Assembly (NCBI GenBank): GCA_963977015.1
Contig: CAXBMO010000018.1
Coordinates: forward strand, 32,001-96,000
Reading direction: 5' to 3'
DNA length: 64,000 nt
From: an uncultured bacterium
GTDB taxonomy: Bacteria; Verrucomicrobiota; Verrucomicrobiia; Verrucomicrobiales; DEV007
Position 1 is the first letter of the stretch, and every line of letters begins with the position of its first letter. The notes under the pieces were generated by a model. The model was not told the origin of the DNA. It searched no databases and saw nothing but the letters and a program-made list of their open reading frames with translations. This document shows, in pieces, positions 49,521 through 62,910 of the stretch. Made by a program: the position numbers and the translations under genes.

Positions 49521-50324
49521 ATGACGGATGACCCCTTTGGCGTTGCGGACAAAACCTATGTGATCATTGGCGGGACAACGGGTCTGGGGCTGAGCGCCGC
49601 CAAAGCTCTCGCGAAGAACCGCGCCAACCTGGTCATCGTCGGTCGCTCCGAAGCGAATCTGGAATCCGCGCTCAACGATTTGGGCAAATCAGCCCGCGGA
49701 GAATCCGGCGATGCGACCCATCCGGAAACCGCGGCTCGTGCCATCGCCAAAGCCGTCGCCGAATTTGGCAAACTCGATGGCCTTTACCACGTTGCCGGCG
49801 GCTCGGGTCGCTCGAAAGGCGATGGCCCGCTTCACGAATTGACCGACGAAGGCTGGCAATTCACCTGCGATCTCAACCTCAGCTCGCTCATCTACGCGAA
49901 CCGCGCCGCGATTCGCCAATTCCGCGCCCAAAACTCCGGCGGCGTCGTTCTCAACATGGGAAGCGTGCTGGGCAACTCCCCTTCCCCATCCTATTTTGCC
50001 TCCCACGGTTACGCCGCGACCAAATCGGCGATTCTCGGCTTCTCCAAATCGATCGCCGCCTACTACGCGCCCCAGAATATTCGCGTCAACGTCATCACCC
50101 CCGCGCTCGTCGCCACACCGATGTCGGAACGCGCCCAAGGCAATCGCGAAATTCTCGACTTCGTCAAAACCAAGCAACCTCTCGATGGTGGGCGCATCGG
50201 CATTCCCGAAGATCTCGACGAAGCCGTGCTCTTTCTGCTCGGCGAACACTCCAACTTTGTCACCGGCCAGGTCCTCGCCGTTGATGGCGGCTGGACAGTC
50301 TCCGAAGGCCAGATCCCGACCTGA
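49521..50324 (+). CDS. Short-chain dehydrogenase/reductase
   Basis: GGTTGLG, YAATK, IRVNVITP, TGQVLAVDGG. Confidence 0.93.
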   Translation: MTDDPFGVADKTYVIIGGTTGLGLSAAKALAKNRANLVIVGRSEANLESALNDLGKSARGESGDATHPETAARAIAKAVAEFGKLDGLYHVAGGSGRSKGDGPLHELTDEGWQFTCDLNLSSLIYANRAAIRQFRAQNSGGVVLNMGSVLGNSPSPSYFASHGYAATKSAILGFSKSIAAYYAPQNIRVNVITPALVATPMSERAQGNREILDFVKTKQPLDGGRIGIPEDLDEAVLFLLGEHSNFVTGQVLAVDGGWTVSEGQIPT

Positions 50325-50327
50325 ACC

Positions 50328-51461
50328 TCAGTCCCGCGCCGGCCAGAGCCGTTCCTCCTGCGGAATACTGATGAGCGGCCAACGCTCCGGCAAAATCCGC
50401 ACAATCCGGCCCGGGCGAAAGCCTTCCAGCAGCAATTCGGGTTGAAAGTCGATCTGCACGCCGCTGCTTCCCGGCACGTTCGGCACCTCCCGCATCTCCA
50501 ACAGCGGCCCCCGTTTCCGGTCATTCACCTGATCGTAGCTGCGCAGGCTGGGCTCGGCGACCAGGGCGGTTACCGACGCCCCCTTGTTGAAGTCTTCGAA
50601 CAACTTGGGATCCACCTGATCGAAAAACGTCACCGTGACCACGCGATTCGGATTATCAACCGCATCGACCCATCCCGCGAAACCACGCTCCTTCAAGTGT
50701 TGCTCGTAGGTCGCGGCCATCCGCGCCTTCGCTCCGGCCTGACTTTCCGCATCCAACCAAATGTCAATACAGCGGCCCGGACCATACAACGTTGCCCACG
50801 TCAAATTCACCTGGATGCGCTGCCCCGCCGCCAAATCCGCCAGCGTCCCGAATCCGTTCCCCTTCCAAATCCGCGCCGAGGGCAACAGATCGAATTCCGT
50901 CGCTTTCTCATCGGCCACATCCCCCTTCATCCCCGTCACGGTCAGCTTGCCTTCCTCCAGGTTCACCACATCGACTCGCCAATCCCGGCCCTGCCGGATC
51001 TGATAACTGAAGTCGTCTTCCAACCGAAAGCACCTTGTGAAGTTCGCCTCGATACTGGCGCGATTGTGAAACACGGTTCGCACTTCCTCATCGGGCCCCT
51101 TCTCGTAAAACCAGCCGTGCAGGTGCGTCCCAATCGGCACCTGGCGCAGTTCCGCCGGTGATCCGTGGAGCCAAATCGCGCCATAGGGCAACATCTTGAA
51201 ATCGACCGGCAGATCCCAGTGACTGCGTCGTTGTTGGTCGGTCCGATCCACCCGCAACGTCCCTTTGCGATTCACCGGATCGATCCCGATCAGCTCCCCC
51301 GAAAAGTAATGGGCGGAACCTTCCGGCGGAAATTCGCCGTCGACGATCTGGAACCAAGGCAGCGAGTCATCCGTGCTCGCATCGGTCCGAAAGGCAGGCG
51401 CGTCTTGCGCGAAAGCCGCGCCAACCAACCCCAACAGGGTGATTCCAATCCTCTCGATCAT
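50328..51461 (-). CDS. Secreted hypothetical protein coupled to DUF1552
   Basis: Start MIERIG overlaps the DUF1552 stop (ATGA); signal peptide ending AFA-QD. Confidence 0.78.
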   Translation of the reverse strand: MIERIGITLLGLVGAAFAQDAPAFRTDASTDDSLPWFQIVDGEFPPEGSAHYFSGELIGIDPVNRKGTLRVDRTDQQRRSHWDLPVDFKMLPYGAIWLHGSPAELRQVPIGTHLHGWFYEKGPDEEVRTVFHNRASIEANFTRCFRLEDDFSYQIRQGRDWRVDVVNLEEGKLTVTGMKGDVADEKATEFDLLPSARIWKGNGFGTLADLAAGQRIQVNLTWATLYGPGRCIDIWLDAESQAGAKARMAATYEQHLKERGFAGWVDAVDNPNRVVTVTFFDQVDPKLFEDFNKGASVTALVAEPSLRSYDQVNDRKRGPLLEMREVPNVPGSSGVQIDFQPELLLEGFRPGRIVRILPERWPLISIPQEERLWPARD

Positions 51462-52837
51462 GCGACTACCTGCGAAATCGTCTTCAGACTGTCCTGGAAC
51501 GTGTCCGTCTCGACATCCATCCGCTGCAACATCGTCAACAGCAGATTGCTGAGATGCGCATCGCCATCGACCGGCCGCGAACAAACGCCGTAATGCCCCT
51601 TCGCGTTACTCAGATCATATTTCTCAATCTTCGGCAGGTTGTAATCGACGTGCTCGCCATGCTTCAAACCAAGCGATTTGCCACCCGCCAACACGATCGG
51701 CAAATTCGCGTTTCCGTGACTGTGGCCATACGCCATCCCGCTCCCAAAGAGAAGCTGGGTTCGATCGAGCAGATTCTCGCCATCCTCGCTCACCGCCTTC
51801 AACTGATCGAGCAGATAGGCAAATTGCTCCGTCAGAAACGCATCGCACTGACTTAGGCGCCGCAATTGCTCGGGATCGCCGTTGTGGTGGGAAAGCTCAT
51901 GGCGCGATTGCGCGACGCCGATTTCCGGGATCGGCAGCCCGTTGCTCTCGCTTCCACTCATGCAGGTAATCACCCGCGTCATGTCGGTTCGCAACGCCAA
52001 CACCATCAAATCATACATCGTGCGGTAATAATCGCCCGCTTCCGAAGTCGGGATGTTCCGCGTCAACTTCGCCTTCGTCGCCGGATCGACCTTCGGCTTC
52101 GGAATGTCGAGCCACGCATCGGCCCGCTCCGTGCGAACCTCCACCTCGCGCACGGAATGCAGATACTCATCCAGCTTCACGCGATCCTCCGTCCCCATCT
52201 GCTTGCGCAATCCGCGCGCATCATCCAACACCACATCCAAGACGCTCGCCCGCCGATTCAACTTCCGTCGCGCCACCTCCACGCCACCTTTCTCCTCGCC
52301 AAACAACCGATTGAAAATACTGCTGGGGCGCCGCTCGGCCGGAAGCTGGATTCCATCGCGCGACCAGGCCAGACTTCCGCCCGTCACCGCCATTTCCAGT
52401 GACGAAAACCGCGTGTGCTCACAGGTTCGCTCCGCCATCAACTGATCGACCGAAACCGTGTTGCGAAACGCCCCGCCCGTCTGGCTCGCCGACGCTCCCG
52501 TCAGCCAAATCTTATCGCACTCATGCGCCTGACCAATCCCGCCCGGATGATACAACCCGCTGATTGGAGAAACCGCATCGCGATGCCGCTCCAACGCCTG
52601 CATCGGCTCGCTGAACTGATACCCCTTCCCGGCTTGCTGGATCTGCCACGTCAGCACGTTCACTCCGTTCGGCACGTAGATGAACACGCTACGCTTCGGG
52701 ATCGAGGGAGCGGCAGTCGCTGCCCGTGCGCGAGCCGGTTTCATGCACTCCAAAAGGGGCAGCGCGATCGTCGCCCCAATCCCGCGCAAAACATGGCGGC
52801 GATTCAGGAGCCATTTGTTGGTCTGGATGTTACTCAT
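51458..52837 (-). CDS. DUF1552 domain protein
   Basis: [53 protein letters not shown]. Confidence 0.9.
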   Translation of the reverse strand: MSNIQTNKWLLNRRHVLRGIGATIALPLLECMKPARARAATAAPSIPKRSVFIYVPNGVNVLTWQIQQAGKGYQFSEPMQALERHRDAVSPISGLYHPGGIGQAHECDKIWLTGASASQTGGAFRNTVSVDQLMAERTCEHTRFSSLEMAVTGGSLAWSRDGIQLPAERRPSSIFNRLFGEEKGGVEVARRKLNRRASVLDVVLDDARGLRKQMGTEDRVKLDEYLHSVREVEVRTERADAWLDIPKPKVDPATKAKLTRNIPTSEAGDYYRTMYDLMVLALRTDMTRVITCMSGSESNGLPIPEIGVAQSRHELSHHNGDPEQLRRLSQCDAFLTEQFAYLLDQLKAVSEDGENLLDRTQLLFGSGMAYGHSHGNANLPIVLAGGKSLGLKHGEHVDYNLPKIEKYDLSNAKGHYGVCSRPVDGDAHLSNLLLTMLQRMDVETDTFQDSLKTISQVVA

Positions 52838-52971
52838 CAGGTCTCCGAAAACACGAGACACTTCGGGTCCATGTTTCAGGGAGTTCGGCAATTATTGCCA
52901 ACGACCGAGCAAGTTGGACAACATTGCCCCCACCTCGGCCCACATTGGTCCCGGCTTTCGTCAATCGGCGG

Positions 52972-54663
52972 CTATCGGTTCGTCCCCAAAAGGGCTCGCA
53001 ATGCAGCGGCGAGGCGACGCCCCACCTGGAGCTCCTCATTGACGACGACCGTGGCTCCAGCCTGCTCCAAATCCGATGAGAAGGCGTGATAACGCGACCG
53101 GGCGACAATGTGGACGTCCGGAGCAAGGTGCCGAACCGCCTGCACGATCCGTACAATGGATTTGTGATCGGGGATCGAGATGACGACGGACTTGGCATTG
53201 GCGACACCGTGGTGAATCAACACTTCGGGGTTCGTGGCATCACCGATCGCAGCCTCGAGGCCCATGGATCGCGCCAGCTCGATATTCGGCGGGCGGAGAT
53301 CGATGACCAGAGCGTTGATCGAACTCCGCAAGAGCTCTTCCCCCGCCTGAACCCCCGCCGGACCAAATCCGACGACGATAACGTGATTGGTAAGATTGCT
53401 CGCTTTGGCCTCCTCGGTTCTGGATTTCTCCGTATTTGAAGCCGAATTGGGGTGGAGCAGGCCAGCCAATTTCTCGCCGACCGGAAGCGCGATGCGCACC
53501 AGGAACGGCGTTAGGAACAGCGAAATAAGGGTCGCAGAAACGAGCAGTTTGAGCAGGGATTCCTCAATCAACCCGCCGGATTGGCCGATCCCGGCAATCA
53601 CCACGCCGAACTCCCCGATTTGGCTAAGCGTAATGCCCGTGGCAATCGCATGCGCCAGTGGAATGCGGAAGCAACGCGCGACCAACGTGACAAGGAGACC
53701 TTTGCCCAGCAAAACGAGCAACACGATGCCTCCAACCATTGGGATGTTTTCCGCGATCCAACCCGGATCGCCAAGCATTCCAACCGAGGCGAAAAAGAGC
53801 GTCACGAACAATGCGCGCAACGCGGAAACATCGGCTCGAACCTGGGTCGCGTAGGGCGATTCCGCCAGCATGATTCCCGCGATGAAGGCACCAAGCGCTG
53901 GCGACAATTTCAGGGAGTGGGCCGCGCAAGCCGATCCCAGCGCCAACACGACGGCGAGGAGGATCAACAGCTCACGGTCGCGCGTGAGGTTCACTGCTTT
54001 CAACAGCCGTGGCAGAAACTGGTTTGAGATCCACCAAAACGCCGCCACCAGAACGAGGATGAGTCCAATCGCTTTCCCGAGCCCAACGACCATGCTGAGC
54101 GGACCTCCGGCCCCGGCGAGCATGGTGACGAGGAGGACCAGCGGAACGACGGCAACGTCCTGAAGCAGTAAAATCCCGAGCGACGCACGGCCATGGATCG
54201 AATCCAGCTCCGACCGATCATTCAAAATCCGCAACACGCAGGCCGTCGACGATAGCGCTACGACGGCACCGACGGCCACGGCGGTGCTCATGTGTAATCC
54301 GGCGAGGAGAGCCACCAGCGCCCCCATCAGCAAGGTGAGGCCAACTTGCGCCGAACCGCCTCCACCTGCGATCGACCCGAGCCGAAGCAGACGCTTCAAG
54401 GAGAACTCCAGTCCGATCGTGAAGAGGAGCAACGAAACCCCCAATTCCGCAACAATCGGCACCCCGCTCTCGGCATGAACGACATTCAGCGCATTTGGCC
54501 CCAACAGCGTTCCCGCAAGCAGATAGCCGAGAATCGCGGATTGCTTGAGCCGTTCGAAGAGCACACCGAAAAGAAGCGCAGCGCCGAGCAGGATGACAAC
54601 CTGAAGCAGGACCGACCAAACCTGAAAGGTCCCCTCCCCCTGCATGGAAATTCCCAGCATCAT
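52972..54663 (-). CDS. CPA2 cation:proton antiporter with a TrkA-N (KTN) domain
   Basis: LGYLLAG.LLGP, LSSTA, LLLQD, LFFASVG; C-terminal VIVVGFGPAG, GDATNPEVL. Confidence 0.92.
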   Translation of the reverse strand: MMLGISMQGEGTFQVWSVLLQVVILLGAALLFGVLFERLKQSAILGYLLAGTLLGPNALNVVHAESGVPIVAELGVSLLLFTIGLEFSLKRLLRLGSIAGGGGSAQVGLTLLMGALVALLAGLHMSTAVAVGAVVALSSTACVLRILNDRSELDSIHGRASLGILLLQDVAVVPLVLLVTMLAGAGGPLSMVVGLGKAIGLILVLVAAFWWISNQFLPRLLKAVNLTRDRELLILLAVVLALGSACAAHSLKLSPALGAFIAGIMLAESPYATQVRADVSALRALFVTLFFASVGMLGDPGWIAENIPMVGGIVLLVLLGKGLLVTLVARCFRIPLAHAIATGITLSQIGEFGVVIAGIGQSGGLIEESLLKLLVSATLISLFLTPFLVRIALPVGEKLAGLLHPNSASNTEKSRTEEAKASNLTNHVIVVGFGPAGVQAGEELLRSSINALVIDLRPPNIELARSMGLEAAIGDATNPEVLIHHGVANAKSVVISIPDHKSIVRIVQAVRHLAPDVHIVARSRYHAFSSDLEQAGATVVVNEELQVGRRLAAALRALLGTNR

Positions 54664-54669
54664 TGCAAC

Positions 54670-55518
54670 CTAGCTGGAACCCTCCATCGATGGTTCCGAG
54701 TCATCGCCTTTCGCGAAAATCGTGATTCCGTATTTCGCGCACAGTTCGATCACCTTTTCTCGTTCAAGCAGCAGCGTTTTTCCCGCTTCGACCACGATCG
54801 CAGAAACCTGGGATTCTCTGGCCGTCTCAATCGTTGCCGGCCCTACGCAGGGCACATCAAACCGCAGATCCTGGTTCGGCTTGCTCACTTTCACGACCAT
54901 GGCCTTGCCTTTGCCGAGTTTTCCACCGCGCTCGATCGCGCGATTGGTGCCCTCAAACGCCTCCACCGCCAACACCGTGCCGTTTTTCACGACAATGGTT
55001 TGGCCGATATCCATCCGGCTGACTTCCTTCGCGATTCCGAAGCCCCAATCCGCATCCTGGATTTGGTCGCCCTTCAACTTGGGGCCGCAGACGTGCCCGG
55101 CATCGGGAATCAGGTCGTCCAGATAAGTCGTGGCGAGGAGAAGCTCAATCCCGTCCTTGCCAAGCTCATCCGCGATCGCGCCAAAAATCGATTCCGCGTT
55201 CTTCGTCTTCAACTTGAGAAGCAGCATCGCGGTCCGGGTATCGGGAATGATGTCAAAGAGGTTGGATGGAGCGATTTGGCCCACCATGACCGCTTGGCGG
55301 ACATTTTGCTTTTTGAAGTAATTTATGACCTTTCCCAGCTGTCCAACCCGAAACCACGATAGCTCATCAACCTCAGCCTCCAAACCGGACTCCGTCTCAT
55401 TGTGAAAGGCCGCAGCGACCAAGCGCTCAACGCCCGCCTTCCGGGCCGCCCGAGCAAATGTCACCGGGTAAACTCCGTTTCCGGAAATCATTCCGATGGA
55501 TGAATAAATCTCTGTCAT
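54670..55518 (-). CDS. lpxI: UDP-2,3-diacylglucosamine diphosphatase LpxI (DUF1009)
   Basis: [37 protein letters not shown]; start placed at MTEIYS. Confidence 0.9.
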   Translation of the reverse strand: MTEIYSSIGMISGNGVYPVTFARAARKAGVERLVAAAFHNETESGLEAEVDELSWFRVGQLGKVINYFKKQNVRQAVMVGQIAPSNLFDIIPDTRTAMLLLKLKTKNAESIFGAIADELGKDGIELLLATTYLDDLIPDAGHVCGPKLKGDQIQDADWGFGIAKEVSRMDIGQTIVVKNGTVLAVEAFEGTNRAIERGGKLGKGKAMVVKVSKPNQDLRFDVPCVGPATIETARESQVSAIVVEAGKTLLLEREKVIELCAKYGITIFAKGDDSEPSMEGSS

Positions 55519-55605
55519 AGCATGAAAGGCGCCTCGTTCTTTATCGCACGGACTGCCTATGGGGAGCACGATGAAAGTGAAACAAATTCGAGTCAAAGAA
55601 TAGCC

Positions 55606-56115
55606 ATGAAACCCACCCCCATTTTTGCCCTCCTCATCGCATTTGCCCTCAGCAGTTGTGGCGACGAATCCACCCAACGAACCGATACCGAGGAGCTGAA
55701 AAGCAAGCTGACCGACATCCAGTATCGCGTGGCCGTGAAAAACGGAACCGAACCACCGTTCCAAAACGAATACTGGGACAACAAGGAACCGGGAGTTTAC
55801 GTCGATATCATTTCCGGTAAGCCGCTCTTTTCCTCGGCCGACAAGTTCGTTTCCGGCACGGGTTGGCCAAGTTTCACCAAACCGATCGACGAAACCGAGG
55901 TTCTTGAGGTCGCCGATCGCTCGTTCGGGATCGTCCGCACCGAAGTTCGCTCCAAAACCGGCGATACCCATCTCGGTCACGTTTTTGACGACGGACCGGC
56001 ACCGACCGGCCTGCGCTACTGCATCAATTCCGCCTCGCTACGCTTCGTTCCGAAAGATGATTTGGCGAAGGAAGGCCTTGAGCGCTACATCCCAGCTCTC
56101 GAGAAGGCTGAGTGA
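55606..56115 (+). CDS. msrB: Peptide-methionine (R)-S-oxide reductase, lipoprotein
   Basis: Lipobox [34 protein letters not shown]. Confidence 0.95.
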   Translation: MKPTPIFALLIAFALSSCGDESTQRTDTEELKSKLTDIQYRVAVKNGTEPPFQNEYWDNKEPGVYVDIISGKPLFSSADKFVSGTGWPSFTKPIDETEVLEVADRSFGIVRTEVRSKTGDTHLGHVFDDGPAPTGLRYCINSASLRFVPKDDLAKEGLERYIPALEKAE

Positions 56116-56269
56116 TCTTATATTTTTTATATTTTCAGCACCCACCATCTCAACCTCGCTCGTTTTTGCGAATTATGGTTCTGTTAAGTGTGGCCGAATC
56201 TAATAAAATTTGTTAATTACGAAAAATAAGATGACACGTAGGTAGCATTCGTTCTAATGCGACGTGACC

Positions 56270-57349
56270 ATGAAGATTCTCGGAACTCTCTTCATCTTGG
56301 CGCTGGTCTTCTTTTCTGCGATGCACGTTCTGCATTATCAGAGGGTGGAGAAGCCCAAGTTGTTGGATGAGGCGCAAAACCTGTTGGCGTCCGCCAATTT
56401 GGATTTATCCCCTCCCTACAGCCCGGGAGGTATGGATGTGGTGTTGCGTGGTTCGGTCGAAACGTTGGAACGCCGGGAAGAGGCCGAACGGATTGTCGAT
56501 GACATTTTCGGGCTCAGAGCCCTTTCCATTCATAATCAGATTTCGGCACCGGGGATGTTCCAGACCGCCTACGATCAGCGAACGATGCAGGTTCTGATGC
56601 GGGGGAGCCTTGGCAGCAAGGAAACCGTCGATGAACTGAAAGCGGCGATCCAAAAGGGCGGAAAGATTCCGGTTCGCGACCGCGTCAAAATCCACCGCCA
56701 AATCAAGGAGCCCGGTTATTTGAAGAGCGAGCGCTTTCTCGACCTCGTTCGCAGCACGCATAAAACGCCACAACCCGTTTCCATTGCGGCGGGAGAATAT
56801 TCGCTGCGATTGGCAGGCCCGGCGACCCAGGAAATGCAGGATCAATGGATGGGCATTATTCGAGACATCGAAAAGCAATCCGGAAAGAAGCTGGAGGTCG
56901 AAACCGATTTTCAACTCTTTCCTTCGTTGTATCACATGCCCGGCTACTTCCGGACGCGCCGATCTTACGAATTGAATCGTGACGAGTTCAACCGGTTTGC
57001 GGCAAAGTTGAAGCTCCATCAAATTTATTTCGATAGCGGCGAATCCAACGTCGACTACAACGACCCGGTTACCAAGAACGCGCTCGACCAACTGGCGACC
57101 TTCATCAATCAGTACCGGAACGTTTACTTTGTGATTGGCGGACACGCAGACGCACGAGGAAGTTATCAGGCCAATCAACGACTCTCCAAACAACGGGCAG
57201 AGGCGGTGAAGGAGTGGTTGGTCTCCATGCGCAATATTGATGCTGAACGACTCGCAGTTGTGAGTTTCGGCTCAACCATGGCTGGCGGTAATCAGGATAG
57301 CCCAGAGGCGAGAGCGAAGGCGCGACGTGTTGAGTTATTGATTCAATAA
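56270..57349 (+). CDS. Membrane-anchored BON-like / OmpA-C domain protein
   Basis: N-terminal TM, VVLRGSV...HNQI (BON-like), IYFDSG, GHADARG..ANQRLSKQRAEAV, RRVEL. Confidence 0.88.
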   Translation: MKILGTLFILALVFFSAMHVLHYQRVEKPKLLDEAQNLLASANLDLSPPYSPGGMDVVLRGSVETLERREEAERIVDDIFGLRALSIHNQISAPGMFQTAYDQRTMQVLMRGSLGSKETVDELKAAIQKGGKIPVRDRVKIHRQIKEPGYLKSERFLDLVRSTHKTPQPVSIAAGEYSLRLAGPATQEMQDQWMGIIRDIEKQSGKKLEVETDFQLFPSLYHMPGYFRTRRSYELNRDEFNRFAAKLKLHQIYFDSGESNVDYNDPVTKNALDQLATFINQYRNVYFVIGGHADARGSYQANQRLSKQRAEAVKEWLVSMRNIDAERLAVVSFGSTMAGGNQDSPEARAKARRVELLIQ

Positions 57350-57429
57350 TCGTCCTTCATTCTTGAGCTATTTGTATTATATTAATTCTCAAACTTCTGA
57401 ATACGTCATCCAAGTAACCATTTATTGGC

Positions 57430-59451
57430 ATGGAAGGAATCGCCTATCTTTTATCATCCGCTTTTGGCCTTACGCTCATCACGGCCATCGTCTTTGCCAT
57501 TCTCGGCGCCCTTTGGGGCTGGGCCAATTGGGGGCGCGACCGAGACGCCTACGAGCAGCGAGCATCGCAGGCACGCTACGAACTCAAGAAGGTTCAGGAG
57601 ACGCTGGCCAAGGAACGGGAGGAATACACTTCGCGCCAACGCATCTGGGAAAGCGAGAATCACGATCTTGTGAAAAAGCGGAACCTCCTGCTTCAGGAGC
57701 GTGACGAACTCCTTCGCAACAAGGGTGATATCGACCGATTCCGCATCGAAGCCAACAACCTCCGCGAGCAAGTTCAGCGCGAACAGGGCGAGCGCGGAAA
57801 CCTGCAAAGGGAATTGACCGGCCTTCGCGAACAACTGGTAACCGCAAAGGCAAACCGCGAGCAACTGGACGCGGAACGACAGACTCTGGAAGAGGCCCGG
57901 CAGCAACTGGAACAGGAACGCAACGATCTGCAGGCCCACGTTCAGCAACTGACTCACGATCGCGACCACGTTAACGCCGGAGCTCAGCAGCTGGAGAACG
58001 AGCGGATGCTGGTCGAAAAATTGAAGCGCGATTTGGAAGAGCAACGTCTCGAACTCGAGATCAAGCGCCAGGAGCTCGAGAAAGCGCCTCAGGAATCCGC
58101 CGAATTGGTCGCCAAGGTTCAAGAGCTGCGGGGCGAACTTGAGGATTCGGAACTGGAGCGCATGGAGCTCCACGAAGAAATCAACCGGCTCAATCTGGAA
58201 CTCGCCAAAGGAAGCGAGACACCGCAGGAGTGGAGCGAAGAGCGTTCGCAGCTGATCAATCAATTGACGGAACTCGGAAGCGAGCGCGACGAACTGACGA
58301 CGAAGTTGGCAACGTTCCAGAAGGAAGCCAAAGAAGCCGAGCTGCAGTTGGAGAGCCAGTTGGAGCAACTGGTGAAAGAGCGGGAGAAGTTGCCGGATAT
58401 CGAGGGACTGGACGATGAGCTGACCGCGCTTAACGAACGTATTTCCGAGCTCGAAGTAGAACGCAAATCCTGGTCCGAGCGCGAGGAGGAGTTAACGAGC
58501 GAACGGGACAACCTCAGCAAACGCGTCGCTGAATTGGAGTCGCAGGAAGAAGATCCGGATTGGAAACTGGAACGCGTTCGGCTTGAAAACCGGATTCATG
58601 AACTTTCGAATCGGATCGACGACATCGACGAATTGGAGCGCCAAATCGTCGACTTGAGTGGCGAACGTTCCTTCCTCTCTAAAGAGCTGACCAAAACCCG
58701 CGAGGAGGTTGACCATCTGGAACGCCGGATCGTTGATTTGAGCGGCGAACGCGCCCACCTCGCCAAGGAATTGAACGAGCGCTCGACGGACAGCCACCAG
58801 GTTGAAGAACTCAATTTGGAAATCGATCGCCTCAATCGCCGAATTTTGGATTTGAACAACGAGCGCTCTCATCTGGCGCGCGAACTCAGCGAACGCCCCA
58901 CCGATTCCCACAAATTCACCGAACTCCTGGAAGAGCGCGACCGGCTCGACCGCCAGCTCACCAGCAAGGAGATCGACATCGATCGTCTCGAGAAACGAAT
59001 CGTCGACTTGAGTGGCGAACGCGCCCAACTCGCCAGAGAATTGAGCGAGCGTCCTTCCGGAAACACCGAACGCCTCGAAGCGCGGATTCGCGATCTGATG
59101 GACGAGCGGGATCGCATGGCCATGGAGCTGAAAAATCGCCACGGAGGCAGCGCCCATCTCCACGCCGAAATTCTCGACCTCAAGGAGGAACGCGACCGGC
59201 TTGCCGCCGAGTTGAGAGACCGTTCCAAGGAACGAAGCCGACTCGATCAGGAACTGGACGATTGGTCGGGCAATCGCGCTCGCCTCGAAAATCGGATCGC
59301 CGACCTGACGGACGAGCGCAACATGCTCGCGTCCAGGCTCAGCAAGGTCGAACGCGACAACGCCGAATGGGCGGAGCAGCTCGAAAAAATCGTGCGTCGC
59401 CGCGACAACGATAACGGCGGTGCCGGAGGCGGTTCGTCCTACTACGGCTAG
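57430..59451 (+). CDS. Membrane-anchored long coiled-coil protein
   Basis: N-terminal TM followed by ~600 aa of E/L/R/Q heptads with repeated LExRIxDLxxERxxLAxEL; no ATPase motifs. Confidence 0.85.
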   Translation: MEGIAYLLSSAFGLTLITAIVFAILGALWGWANWGRDRDAYEQRASQARYELKKVQETLAKEREEYTSRQRIWESENHDLVKKRNLLLQERDELLRNKGDIDRFRIEANNLREQVQREQGERGNLQRELTGLREQLVTAKANREQLDAERQTLEEARQQLEQERNDLQAHVQQLTHDRDHVNAGAQQLENERMLVEKLKRDLEEQRLELEIKRQELEKAPQESAELVAKVQELRGELEDSELERMELHEEINRLNLELAKGSETPQEWSEERSQLINQLTELGSERDELTTKLATFQKEAKEAELQLESQLEQLVKEREKLPDIEGLDDELTALNERISELEVERKSWSEREEELTSERDNLSKRVAELESQEEDPDWKLERVRLENRIHELSNRIDDIDELERQIVDLSGERSFLSKELTKTREEVDHLERRIVDLSGERAHLAKELNERSTDSHQVEELNLEIDRLNRRILDLNNERSHLARELSERPTDSHKFTELLEERDRLDRQLTSKEIDIDRLEKRIVDLSGERAQLARELSERPSGNTERLEARIRDLMDERDRMAMELKNRHGGSAHLHAEILDLKEERDRLAAELRDRSKERSRLDQELDDWSGNRARLENRIADLTDERNMLASRLSKVERDNAEWAEQLEKIVRRRDNDNGGAGGGSSYYG

Positions 59452-59455
59452 AAGC

Positions 59456-61540
<2,085 letters not shown>

Positions 61541-61574
61541 GGGCGATTCACTCCTAACCCAGACCTCCGGCATT

Positions 61575-62240
61575 TCAACCGGCGTCGTCAGATTGCGAGG
61601 GCTTGGATTCGACCGATTTGAGAAGGCCCAACTGCGTTTCCAGATGACTTTGCAGCTTCTTCGAGAAGTCCTCAACGGTGATGGGCTGCCTGGTTTCCAG
61701 CTCCACGGAGGTCATCCTCACATCGGCAATCCCGCAGGGAACGATCGCGTCAAATCCCCGCAGGTCCTTTGCCACATTGATCGCGAATCCATGCATGCTG
61801 ACCCATTTGCGAACGCCGACGCCAATCGAGGCGATTTTCCGGGTCTCAATCCAAACGCCAGTGAGCCCTTCACGTCGGCCCGCCTCAATCCCGACGTCAC
61901 CGCAACCATCAATCAGTGCTTGCTCAATCGCGCGCAGAAAAACGTGGAGGTCTTTGCCCATTTGGGTCAAATCCAGGATCAGGTAACCGACCAGCTGCCC
62001 CGGGCCGTGATAGGTCGCCTGGCCGCCTCGATTGATCTCAACCACGTTCAGCCCCTGCTCTTGAGCGTCGCGTAAACTGGAACGATCGCGCGTGCGTCCG
62101 ATCGTGTAAACGGGATCGTGCTCGAGGAACAACACCGTATCCGGAATCTCCCCCGCTTGCCGTTTCGCAACGAGATTCTCCTGAAGAGTCAGTCCTTCTT
62201 CGTACGAAACACGGCCAAGCCATTGAAAATCGAGCGCCAT
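61575..62240 (-). CDS. lipB: Lipoyl(octanoyl) transferase
   Basis: [36 protein letters not shown]. Confidence 0.96.
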   Translation of the reverse strand: MALDFQWLGRVSYEEGLTLQENLVAKRQAGEIPDTVLFLEHDPVYTIGRTRDRSSLRDAQEQGLNVVEINRGGQATYHGPGQLVGYLILDLTQMGKDLHVFLRAIEQALIDGCGDVGIEAGRREGLTGVWIETRKIASIGVGVRKWVSMHGFAINVAKDLRGFDAIVPCGIADVRMTSVELETRQPITVEDFSKKLQSHLETQLGLLKSVESKPSQSDDAG

Positions 62241-62276
62241 AAACGGACAGATCGATAAGACCGATCCTCTGCCGGG

Positions 62277-62810
62277 TCAAATCGCAGCGCGGGCGGTTCC
62301 GAGCATGTTGCCCATCGCTTCCGTGTAAAAATGGGCGAGTCCAATCGCGAGCGCGTCAGCGGCGTCACTCGGCGGAGTCTCCGTCAATCCGAGCAAGGCT
62401 CGCATCATGAACGCGATCTGGTCTTTCGTGGCCGAACCGCGACCGACGACGGCTTGTTTGACTCGTTTGGGAGCGTATTCGTGAATTTTGAGACCGTTTT
62501 CCGCCGCCGCGATCAACGCCGCACCTCGCGCGGCGCCCATCGTGATCGCCGTCTTGAAACTCTGAACGTAGATGATCGATTCGATCGCGCAGACATCTGG
62601 CTGATGCTCGCGAATCACCTCGGCAATCTGGCTTCTCGTCGCCACCAGGCACTCCGACTGACTCAGTTTCGGCGGGTTGTGGACCACTCCGTAGGTCAAC
62701 GTCTTGTAGAGATCTTTCTGGGGGATTCTTCGCCCGTCGGGAGAAGCAACTTTTTCGAGAACGGCGTAACCCGTGTTCCGCAATGCAGGATCGATTGAAA
62801 TGACGCGCAT
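62277..62810 (-). CDS. ruvC: Crossover junction endodeoxyribonuclease
   Basis: IDPA, AIE, VKQAVVGRGSATKDQ, DAADALAI. Confidence 0.96.
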   Translation of the reverse strand: MRVISIDPALRNTGYAVLEKVASPDGRRIPQKDLYKTLTYGVVHNPPKLSQSECLVATRSQIAEVIREHQPDVCAIESIIYVQSFKTAITMGAARGAALIAAAENGLKIHEYAPKRVKQAVVGRGSATKDQIAFMMRALLGLTETPPSDAADALAIGLAHFYTEAMGNMLGTARAAI

Positions 62811-62910
62811 GTATGATTTCCAGGCTTTGGCTTGGAAAAAACTTAAGCTCTCTTTAACATTCCGACAGCCTAAAAACCCATTTTTTGCAGTTGTCAGGCA
62901 GAAGCAGGTT

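Noticed and set aside
54670-55980. 436-aa extended LpxI
   Set aside because: The extension is antisense to msrB; family similarity starts near 55518.
57430-59451. SMC or SbcC ATPase
   Set aside because: No Walker A/B or hinge motifs, and it has an N-terminal TM helix.
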